This document shows, piece after piece, positions 1 through 12,200 of a stretch of 64,000 nt of DNA. This DNA comes from Lingula anatina. Taxonomy: Eukaryota; Animalia; Brachiopoda. The translations under genes were made by a program, and so were the position numbers. Below the pieces are notes generated by a model. It made no database searches. It was not told where the DNA came from and saw nothing but the letters and a program-made list of their open reading frames with translations. Positions within the stretch are counted from its first letter, which is position 1. Each line of letters opens with the position of its first letter. Location of the stretch: contig CM120641.1 of the NCBI GenBank assembly GCA_051362555.1, forward strand, positions 42,290,401 to 42,354,400, read 5' to 3'.

Positions 1-584
1 CTAAAATATGGAAAGTCAATTCACTGTAGTTTTTTCGCACAGTTTATTTATTTCAGACGTACGCATTTTTCATCGCGCCGCTTTTTTGACGCTATTTCGT
101 GACGCGGACGTGCCAAAAAATCCATGACGTTTCAAATCACACCTAAATCCTGACAGTATGTGTCCTACTGCTTACGGTTAAAATAATGATCTGGGGGCAG
201 AAAGTGCCGTGTCTCTTTTTTAATACCCTCGGTCCGACAGTGCAGGGCTGGGGTTGGGGGGGGGAAGGTGTTTGATGGTTATGTTGTTCTGAGAGTTGTG
301 GTAGACCTGGTTACATCTCCTAGTTACACACATAACATAAGCAATGTTAAGAAACTGAGGGTCTGTGTAAATGAGAGTCCACCCCACCAAAGATTTGTAC
401 AGGTTATGGTTAGCGTGACGTTAGTGGACCCAAATTTAGGACGGGACTAAAGTGTATAAATATATTGAAAGCGGACTATCTATCATGGGAGGGGGGAGGG
501 GGATAGTACATGACGCCAGGTTTATTTACTGGTCGACACTAAAGAACACCAAAGGATACGGCTATTTTTGACATGTATACTCAC

Positions 585-3500
585 CATTTGATAAACCAGT
601 GCGGATAGTGACGGTGCGATTTCCGTTGGCTAAACTGCATGTGGAGCTCCTACAATTCTGCATGTTATGACTGCTTGGCCATTGGCTCGATGGTGCTCCC
701 GCCCACTGTACAAGAGATACATCTATCGGCTTGGTGGAATGCAACAGTATGACTAATTCTCCTCTGTCACAGGTTCCTTCTAGAAACCCTTCACCACCAT
801 CGGCGGCTGAGAGGAAGTTTTATACAAGCATTGTATACGTTCGTAGATAAATCTCATGAATTTTTCTTTGCTAAAAATTCTGAAAATTAGTTCCACTAAA
901 CATGTAGGCTCAACTGCAAGTGTTAAACCAGTTATGTTATTTAGAAATAAAGTTTAAGACCGCTTGTGTGACAACCGATTTTTTCCTGTTAACAGGCCGT
1001 TTGTCGCGAAGACTGTAACATTACTTTCAACGTTTGATATAACAAATGCCAATACAATTATATTACTTAAGTATATAGTGATAATGACATCTGGAAAAAC
1101 CGTTAATGTTAACCAACGGAATAAATCTCAACTTCTTCTTCTTCTCTCAAAAATTGACTTCATACAATAGCTAGCTGTTTGGCATAATAAAACATCTACA
1201 TGGATATTCGAACTTTCAAATACTTTATTTAAAATCAACGTAAAGAAAAAAAAACACATTGTCCAGATAATGCTCACCAGATGGCTCTGTTGGACAAGGT
1301 GGTCTGATTGGCACCTGCTGCCCATTCACGGAGTACAGACAGAACGCTCTTATGTTGGGATTGGCGTTAGTGATGCGATGGGTCATTAAAGGGCTTCCAC
1401 GAACAATGGGTACCTGAAAAAAATGATCAACTCCAAACGATGTGACAGATTTTGAATTAACGGATACAGCTATTAAATTACAATATTTTCCTTGAAATAT
1501 AGTTTTCTGGTAGTAATGAGTATGTGGTCCCTTCCAATCCCATTATTTTTTTATTAATGAAAGTATTTATATTGGCCTGATGATAACAAACGTATAAGCC
1601 TAATGAAACTTGTCTACAGAGTGGCTCTAAGAGTGCAGATCGCCACCAAGGAAAGGGAACTTAGAAACTAATTTTAAAATATTAAGAGATTCGGATTCAT
1701 TATGGTAACCACCTCTCTCTCTTTCTCTGTCTATACTGAAATTTTCATCAAAAATCAAGGGCCTCGCTGTTTTTAATTGTCAACACATTTCTGAACCGTT
1801 TTGGAAGTTTGGACAGTGAAAAGGGAGTTATAAATATGGAATCCCATGCATAGTTTTAAATCTATACTTTTATCAGTTCCTTATGTACGTTGATAATCTG
1901 AGCATGCTAGCAAAGGTGTTATATGTATCGAATAACAAATCAAAGTGCATCGTGTATACATTGTAGTTTTCACATTGTTGTATATTTTCTGTCAATTTTC
2001 TTTTCTTTATGCTTATACAACCTTTATAAAACCAAATAATAGTTCAAATATATAATATTTAATTATTAATTGTATTATACATGGGTTTCGCTGCTTTATT
2101 AAACCAGTTTGGAAAATTCCATCAATCACTGTGAGCTCTTTTATACGAAAAAAACTCACTTTACAAGCAATTTTATATGCACAATTAACTACATTGATCA
2201 ATGAACTATTTAATCAATCCATATGCTATGGGAGCCCACGTGTTGACTTTTTAAAGTCATACAAAGATAAAAAGGCATCAGGTGACTTTATCCGCACCTT
2301 AAAACATGGCGACCGTTTCAGGTGTAGATGATGATGACGCGAGCCTGAGGGCAAAGATTCGAGAAAATTTCACAAACTGTTCCATCTGCCTCAAAGATTT
2401 TGAAGATCCAACAGCTCTCCCCTGTCTCCACACCTACTGTAAGCGGTGTCTGGCCAGCTACATCCCCGATAATACACCAGGTATGGCGTGACCCAAATTT
2501 AACCAGGAAGTAGATAAATTTTTAAGTCCGGCAGACAGGGCACCATAGGTACGGGTTGAGTGGCCAAGGTTCGTTGGTATTATGTGAAAACTCATTTCCT
2601 CAGACGTCAGATTATGTGTGGTAGCACTTTAAATTAGTGGTTTTCAATGTTAAATGGTAATTATATAGCACCTTGTTGCATCTAAAAAGGTATGGGTAGA
2701 AAAAGAAAACATTCACTTTATGAAAATAACATAAGATAGAGCAATAATTTTAGTATCATTATGCATCTGAAGTATACTTCTTAAAAATAGGCGAAGTGAA
2801 TTTTGTAATACGGAATAACATGTAAACAAAGAGGCCAGAGGTAACCTGAGGTCAAATTTGAGGCATTTTCAGAAAATATAAACCAGTAAGTTATTTTTTA
2901 ATGAGAATGTAATTCGATATTAATGGTTTATGGTTATTGCTGATAACTTCTGCAATTATTTAAGGGATTTGATGAGATTTGACAATTACAGCATGAGACT
3001 TTTATGGACGACACAAGTAATGTAGGGGGTGTTTGGTCAATTTATGAATAATAAAGGCAGAGGAGGACAAACGCCCACCATTTCATAGGTTTGCTAGATA
3101 TGAATACAAATAATTCTCATATTTTTGGCTAAATGATTGCCCTTAAAGATGAAATAATAAAAAAATTATAACATTTGTAATAGAAATTAAAGTTAAAGGG
3201 CCATAGTCATCTGATGTCAAATTTGAGGGATTTTCAGGAAAAATTAACACAAAAGTTATTTCATTAAGGGAATGGAAATGATAAAATAGTATTAAGATGA
3301 TTTCAAATAAATTGTTAATTATTTAAGGTATATGATGATATTTGACAGTTTTTTTACAATTACAGTTAGAGAGATTTATAAATGAAAAAAGTACTGACGG
3401 GGGTTCAATTCATGACTAATGGGGGCTGGAGAGGAAAATTTTTCATCCTCTGATAGGTTTGCTAGATATGAATACAAAAAATGCTAATTTATATCTCTTA

Positions 3501-6226
3501 ATAATTGCTCTAATAGGTAAAATAACAAATGTACTCATACCTAAACGTACGAAATGGTGAGCATTTTTCTACATCACAGATAATCCTCTCAATTCCAGGA
3601 AGCAAGTTCCTGTGTCCCTTGTGCCAGAAAGTGACAAAACTCCCGGAAGATGGAGTTGATGGATTCCTCCATAACTACTTTATTGACAGCCTCCAGGACA
3701 CTGTGCTCACACCGACCAGAAAGAAGAGATGTGGTGCCTGTGCCGTAGAGGGCGAAGATGTTGAGGCAGTGTCCAAGTGCCTCAACTGCAGTGAGTACCT
3801 CTGTAGTCCTTGTGCCAAGTCTCATATCCGTTTTAAAATATCAATGAACCACAAAATCTACACCTTAGAGCAGCTACACAGCGGGGAACACCAACAAGAG
3901 GTCCAGGAATTCCAGCGCGTTTACTGTCCTGAACACAAAGAAGAACCCATCAGGTATTTCTGTCTCAAATGCCAGAGATCCATATGTCGTGACTGCAAGG
4001 TCCTCAATCATGATGAACACAAGTGCGCATCCTTGGATACCGCCATAGAAACAGTGAAGCCCAAACTGGCGTCCATGCTGGAGAAGTTAGACGACAAGAT
4101 CAGCGTACAAGAAAACGAGTTAACCATCCTTCAGGGCGTGCTCAGGGATCACGATACTAATACCAGCTCTGTGATGAAAGACATCTCAGACCACAGCCGC
4201 CATCTTCAGCAACAGATTCAGCAGCAGGAGAAAAAGCTTCTCCAAGAGGTTCAGCAAGTCAGCGAGGCTCATAAGAAGAACATCACCTTGTACTTGGAGA
4301 GTTGTGAGGTCACCACGTCAACCATGAAAAGCACCTCAGATCTGGTGAGTAGCATACTGTCCCGTGGTACTCCAGCCGAGATCCTCATTTTACAGCAGCA
4401 AGTAGGAGACAGGTTACAGGAGCTTCTGCTGCCATCTGGTGGTGGTGATATCCCACAACACCTCAGCCTTCAACTGCAGATCAACAATCATGTTGACAGA
4501 GAAGTGAACAAGGGGACAGGACTTGGAAAGATACAGCAAAACAGACAAGATATCCAAGGCATTAATTTGCGCGAACCATTGAATGTAACACAGACGGTAC
4601 AAATCAAAGATAAGCCATACATGGTTAGTCAGTTTGATTCAAACTGTACCAGTCCATATAGTCTGATCACCTGTACCAAACCGCAGCAGGGATACCTGGT
4701 GGTGGATTACTATAACAACAAAGTGTGTAGATTCAACTTAGATGGACAACTCCTTGTAGAGCAATCCAAGGCTGGTAACAGGTCACTAGGCAGCCCTTTT
4801 GGTATAGCAGTACTACCTGATGGTACCATAGTGGTCTCTGAATATAACAACAACAAATTAACCTTCATGTCACAGGACTTAACTCTCATGAAAAAAGTTG
4901 ATATCAAATGCCCAGGAGGTTTACATGTCACCAATACCAAAACCATCCTAGTTTCTCAACCTGGCTTAAAGCAAATTAGTATTCTCAACACTTGTGGTGC
5001 CACAGTGGATACCATAAAGCACAGTGGATTTCGGTGGCCTTGGTATGTGGCAGTTCTTAACAATGGGAACATGGTTGTTTCTGATCACAATGCTAAAGCA
5101 GTCTTCATCCTGAGTTCGACTGGGTCACTGCTCCACACCTATACTGGCTCTGGACAGCATCAGCTCTGTGAACCACATGGAGTCTGTGTTGACCAGTATG
5201 ATAACATTATTCTGATTGCTGAGTATAGCACCAGCAACATTCACATCATATCTAAAGATGGTGAGTTTGTCCAGTATTTAGCAACTAAAGATGATGGGCT
5301 GCAGGGTCCCAGTGGTTTAGCCATCAACCATGATGGCAGTTTAGCAGTGTCCCAGTTTGGAGGGAAGATCAAGGTGTTTAGATACAAGAATTTACAGTAG
5401 AAAAAATCAACTGTTGTTGAAGATTACCCTTGTGATAGCAAATTTTTTAGAAAAGTACACTGTAGTTCTCATTGAAAGATTTTAAGGTCAGAACTCCATG
5501 GGGATGTTCCAAAGAATACGAGAGATTACGGGTAAAACATCAGTTTACTCCTCAGCATGTATCAAATCCTAAACTGGCAAGGTCCTTTATGAATTGGAAG
5601 ACGTTGCATGACGATGCCTAGAATACTTAAGTCAATTATTCGAAGATGTATGAACTGTGGAAGAATTCACCCAGCTCAAAAACATTTTCGACCCATCAAT
5701 TACAAAGGACGATGGCCTCTTCAGAATATGAAGCCAAACAAAGCCACCGGCCCAGATGATGATGCCACAGAAATGCTTAAAACACTAGGTGAAAAAGATA
5801 TCAACACAATCTAGTCAAACTACAATTAAGATAATTAATTGTATTTATGTAGTAAATGGTTTGTTTTTAGTGGTGGTAATAGCTTTGTTAGTAATTCATC
5901 TACGCTTTTTTTATAGGAAGTAGTCTGGGTTTAGGTCTCGTGTCTGCACATTTTGATCTTAAGTAGTTGACCAAGGCAAGGTGATAACAGATGTCCAGGG
6001 TTAAAATTGTCTTAGCTGCTGTGTATCTTGGCACACAGTTAATATTAGATGAATTATAGGAAACTACTTCTTCTCTTGCGAGCTGCATCAGCGAGAAGTC
6101 ATCCAGCCTTTTAGCTGCGATGATATGTACCCCCAATTTCAGCAGCTTCACAGTATTATAATTTCTTGCGTTTCTTTTATGTAATTTTACACCCTCCACC
6201 ATCCGCTGTAACCTACCTTGTGTTGT

Positions 6227-6293
<67 letters not shown>

Positions 6294-9200
6294 CATTTGT
6301 TGTAGCCTTTTATTTTCATTTATGCCAAGCTTTTGGCTCCTACAGCTGTTGTTATTTCTTATAATTTGGCCTTTTATTTTCATTTATGCCACATTTTTGC
6401 TCCTAAAGCTGTTGTTATTACTTATAATTTTCTTAATTAATTTGGTTACACTTATCAACATACTTTATTAATTTTATATTATGGCACTTATATAGTTGGG
6501 GAGATGTTATATTATCTCCCTAGTTTTGTAACTACGTATTTTATTAGTTTCGCCATTAATAAATGACAATTATCAGTCATATGGACTTATCTTATTTACT
6601 TTGGAGCAAAAACAGAGCTTCGTTGCGCTTGTTAACATTTGGCTACATAAAAAAGATTACGAGTCTGGAGAAATGCCTGATTTCATACGAATTCACACAA
6701 CGGAAGCGAAGATGTATAAGTAGCTTTAGATAATATTTCACACCTAGCAGTTCAAATGTATATGTCCTTTGTTTCAGGCTTGCAATCCTTTAGATCTTAA
6801 CTACGTGGTGTTATTCGGTGTGCCCACAATGATGGGGCAGATTTGTGTTTGAATTATCCAATCACTTTCTGATTTATCTGATTGACAATTTAACTGATAA
6901 CGTTAAAGTCATAATAACTCTTCGTTTTGGCCAAAAATTGGATTTTCCTGGAAAAAACGGCAATTTTCCCGTACTTACCAATGGCCAACGACCCCATTCC
7001 TGCATTCAAAGTTAATCCAGGGTTTTTTTCCTAAACGTACGGTTTTTTGTTAAAATCTCTTAAGAGATTTTAACTGACGGAGCTCTCTCTGACATTGCAA
7101 AGTCACTGGTGACCTACTTAAAACCGCGGGAAAAGCAGACAACAACAACACTATATAAGATTCATGAGATATATTCGTCTTTTTGTTAAAAATGCATTTA
7201 TATCCACAATGTGTGCCATTCTGGGCTTTTCGTTATCCGACGCACTGTACAAAAACTCGCAACTTACGTCTGCGTCTGCACTAATGCGTTTGGCGCCATG
7301 TTATTTTGGTCTCGAATGAACGCGAGAATCCGCGTGACACCATTACGTCATTAGCAACGAATGCACTTGTCGACCGGAAAAAAGGCATCGTAAGCACAGA
7401 TTTTAGTTTTCCTACAATAACGGCCGTTTTAGTGGTAAAATACAATAGAATATATTTCCATGCGTTTTTTACAATGTATTTCATGCGGATTTTTGAATCT
7501 CAAAGGAAGAGTTATTATTGCTTTAAGCATAAAATCGGTGAGTCTTAAATCTTAAGGAGAGACTAGGAGAGAGATTAGAGGTCTGGATTGAGGCTTGGAT
7601 ATGACCATACTTGTACCATATAACTTTCAGTTTAACAAAATATATATTCTGTTGAAGTAGCAACATGGAATCGTTTCATTCTTGTCCGTGTGCAGAGTTT
7701 AAGACATAGAATCTGAGAATTTCCGTAGCAGTTTTTCATATCACGTTATCCAAAGTTGGCGGCCCATACTGCTTAACTCCTGGGGTTTTATTATAAAGGA
7801 TTATTTAAGGTCGTGTGGGTCGGAATGGTCATAAAAAGGTCCCTCACAAGTCAGATGGTCCGACACAATAGGTCGTCAAGGGTAGTATCGGCGTTGGCAT
7901 CTTAGAAAGAGCGTTCTCACTCAGTGTAACAAGTCAAAAGAAAATTTAGAAAAAATGTTAAAGTGATAGTAACCTACTACTATTGTTTACGTTACTATAA
8001 TTTTATGAAATTGCAGTTATCTACATATGTATTTATACTTGGCTTAAGACAAGTGTGCGGGGTGTGATGCTTGTGCTTTAATGATTCTTTTCAGTTTAAA
8101 ATGAACAGGTAAAGGAAAAGCTACTGTAGCCATGGAAGCATATAAGTATAGCAGACACGCGCATTTACAGTGTATTATGTAATAAAACATATTTACGCTT
8201 TTAATACCGAGCACAGTCCAAGGAATGTATAATGGAGGTAATTGCAATGGCATTTTGCCCCCTTATTATAAAATAAGCTTTGATATCCTTAAAGCGTACG
8301 TGGTTAATTTATATTAAACAATGCAAATGAATAAATATTGTGAAAAAACAGTGCTGAATCAATAATATAAATATATATAAATATATTATATAAATATAAA
8401 TATAGACCTTTCTCAATATACCATACCTCCATCTTCCCTCCTCCGGTGCCACTGAACAAGAAGTTTGCATAGAGTTCACCAAAATCTTCCAAGGTTGGAT
8501 CGCTACTGCCAGGAATGCTCACCTTCAAGCCGGACTTTCCTGAAAGTCCAAATTTAGTGGTATTCAAGATTTTCTGTCAGGAAACTTTTTTTTAAATTTT
8601 TTCTGACGTTATTGCACTGTGTGAGTGTGGGGGGATGCATGTTGGTGTATGGAATATTTCAATATACCTTATGCAGACACGTGATCTACTTTACTCATTT
8701 TTACATATTTTGAGTAATGGTTATGATCAAACCAGTGGTCACAAAATATATCATGTGTAGAAAATTTTGTTTAACATGTTAACATATCAGATATATCGAT
8801 ACACAAATGTACCATCAAAAATAGCAGTTGGATTTCCATCCGGCCCAGCGACCAGCTGCTTCACATTGGTCCCCATACTAGTGACTTTATTCCAAGGTTT
8901 TCCCTGCTCGCTCAGAGTCTGCTCCTGCATCTGGTCCGTGCGTGAGGACTTGTTCCATCTGTCCAAGGTGGCGTAACTATCGTAAACGATCCCATCAGCC
9001 CCCATTACAACTTGAATAGAAAACAAAATGCAAATGCGTCTGTTAAGATACTTCATGGTATATTACCACTTCATGGGATAAATGCTCTGATTTTACTGTC
9101 AAATCGACTTCATAGGATAAAATGCGACTTCATCTCCACATAATATATTGGCTGCGACTTCATGGGATAATGGTGAAAAAGTTCCTGTTGTTGGCCCAAC

Positions 9201-12200
9201 GTTATAAGAGAGAACGTTTTTGAAATATAATTTTTTGTACTGTAAATATTATCCAAAATAGGTGAACTGTACGTTTTAATTTACTTGTATGACTGAATAG
9301 GGTTTCTTTAGTGGTATTGGATGCATGTTTTGAGTAACTTTAAAATACATTGGCAGATGTAGGTGAGGATCCAGTATTTCTAAAAATCAGTACATTATGG
9401 GAGATTATGGTCAGTGTTGAAGAAAAGGGGGTCAAGACCCCCTGGACCCTCCCTTGCCAGATCCGCTTGATACATAAAACTAATGGATCAGGTATACCAG
9501 GCTATGAAAACATAATTTACGCGTAGGTTACTGTATTATAAGATGGATAAATAAACACATAGGAACAACAAAAAGTAGATCTTTAGTAGTATGACTTTGC
9601 AGTCCTTTGGGGGGGTATATATTTTTTATATCTTTGTTACTGGTATCCTCTCTCCATTAAAGTGAGGAACATGAGACGTTGGGGATATTTAAACTTGCCA
9701 TTAGGGATGGGCACGTGTCCTTCGGATTTTTGGTGACTTTGGTGACCTAGGGGTGGTTGATTATTATCTTTAAATTGTATTTTCTGCTATATACCCAGGT
9801 CCTTAGGTTGAGGAAACTAAAATGTCGGGTGTGCATAGGCACGTTTTTTTTTTTTTTTTTTTTTTTTTGTGACCTGGGGTGTGGCTGTCCCTGGGGATGG
9901 TACACATATATATTACCGTAATTTATTTCATCTCCCCCTAGACAATTCGAATTAGGAACATGAGTCTTTGGTGCATGGGTGGGCTACATGGGAATTTTAG
10001 TGTGACTTGGGGTCTGGCCGTCCCTAGGGGGTGGAGTGATTAGTGGTTTGTCAGGCAATGAAGCTGATTCCATAGATTGCACTTAAGATTCCTTGCAGAG
10101 TTGGACCCACCCAGCTAGTACTATGTGTGAATCTGATGGCGATCTTCTAGTTAGGAAGGAAGGGAAAATGAAGAGAAAGCAGCAGACAGTACTAATAATA
10201 GACCTTCAGTCGTATTCTTGAATATAGGTCAAGTTAATTAAAATCCATTCAAGACCCCATACTCTCATGAATCCTAGGGTCCAAGTCTCGTTGTTCTTTA
10301 ACAAAAAACACACATGTTAATTACTGCTCTTGGGTAATAAACATTTTTGTTTTGTGTTAAGACGCAACAGCAGTTAAACGCCAGAATTCCTGATCGAGTG
10401 TGTGGGGAAGTCCATTTAGTTCTGTATGTGCTTCTGCTGTTCTCTACATTTCTCATCCCCAGAAATGCACTGCATGACGTCACGCCTAGCCCACTGCGCA
10501 TGCGTGCATTTTTAATGAGTTGCTACATTGCCATAGGAAAATGAATGGGTTCGCGATTCGTGGGTGATTCGTGAGAACTGACAAACTAACGGCCTGATGC
10601 CGATAGACAGCAACGCTGTGCTATGCTTCAAGCAACTTCCGACCAAATATCGCTAGGGTTTTTAAAAAAATTCTGTTGTACACACGTACTAAGAAGTTTG
10701 CCGTATATTGCCTAGACTACCCTCAGCAAAACGCAAATATTTTCAGTTATAGTGATTTTAGACGGTAGATTCACTCAGAAACAAAGGGAAATTAATTCGT
10801 TGCCGATAGCACCAGCTGATAGCAGTAACATACAGAGTCTGATTAAAAAATTTCATGGCAATTGAAGATTTTTTACCACTGTACAATGGAGTCCAAAAAG
10901 AGCACTTGGCACAAATGTAAAACTGCCCAGTGCAAGGCCAAGAATTCAATCAGTATTTTCAATCATATTATCAGATTCTACATAAATTGACTGACCATAT
11001 CACTACTCAGTATTTAAATAATCTCTTAATCCAAAATTCCTATCATCATTTAATAATTATGCAAAATTCTTCTTTCAGATTGCTATTTATTTAAATTTTT
11101 AATGCTGCAACTGTTCCAAAATAATCTTGTAGTAAAGGAAAAATTCAAATAAGAAGTGGAAGACCAATTTTACCCACAGTATTCAATTATTTGAATATAA
11201 AAAGAATAAGATCACGATTTAACAAATTAAAATAATCTTTCATGAACTTTTTCATGAATAACATATTAAACAAAAATGAAAGTTATAAATCAGTGGTAAT
11301 GGCTTATTTTGGAATATATGACCTCTGTACATCATCAGTACCTGACTTGGTACAGTATAGTTACTACTTGGATACAGAGTTAGATTTAATAATGTAACAA
11401 TAAGAACAATATATATTATAATAATAAACTTCTCTGCACATATCAGACGCTTGTTACCATGAACTAACACTACTTGACAATGGGCTGAGCACTTATCACA
11501 GAGTCTGTGTGCGATGCCATTCTTGTGCTGTGATTGGTTAGTTGAGTCACGTGGAGTCCTACTATTGCGCCCTCGCGTATCGCGTAAATGCTGCACATTT
11601 CTGGCCATGTCAAGGACCCATGCAAATTCATTAAAATGACTGGTTCATCAATCTCCTTTTCATGTTCCTTAAAATTTAAGGGTATAGATGGCAGAAATAA
11701 AGTTGTGAAAAATAGATAGCCACACCTCAAATATCATACTAACATTCCCGGAAACCTATGCATATCCTCAATGGTAAGCTTATCAGCCCGGCAGGTTTCA
11801 TGTTCCCAACTGCAATCTCCAAAGACAGATTTTTCAATCCCCATAGCCTTACGTTCCAAGCTTTATTGGTCTAAGGGTAGATAGCAGGAATTACAATGTT
11901 GATTAATTAGACTCAACCGCCCCCAGGACCCCCCCCCCCAACCCCCCCCCCAAAAAAAAAAAATCCGAAGTGCCCTTCCACATTCAAAATGGTATGTAGC
12001 CACGTTTCATGTTCCTAGCATAAAATACGATGTAAAAATTAGAATAGACCACCCCCAGGGTCGACCACATCCCAAGTCACAATTGAATTTTGAAGAGCCT
12101 TTTCAAATTCCTATAATGATAGTTTTATTAATCCCCGACGTATCAAGTTCCTTACTATGATGGTTTAGGAAGTAACAATGTGAATAAATTATGCATGTAT

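Noticed and set aside
227-319. Candidate next GH81 exon on the - strand
   Set aside because: Phase-compatible but contains an in-frame TAA and has a weak acceptor; the CTCCTAGTT end looks more like a repeat terminus.
585-806. ZP-N domain reading of this exon
   Set aside because: Only superficial Cys spacing; it splices in frame after the GH81-like exon 1413-1278.
3529-3598. ORF-track N-termini of the large TRIM ORFs (also 18744, 28488, 37971, 42991) and read-through tails of the exon-1 ORFs
   Set aside because: Intronic sequence or non-ATG starts; the true starts are the upstream RING exons.
5900-6471. 100-aa ORFs around the (TA)n tract
   Set aside because: Low-complexity or microsatellite-derived; no recognisable domain.
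8427-9010. Initial reading of these exons as a LamG domain of a Pif-like CBM14-LamG shell protein
   Set aside because: They join in frame to upstream LPTHHF..PY and downstream VPIVRGSP exons, which fit GH81 better.
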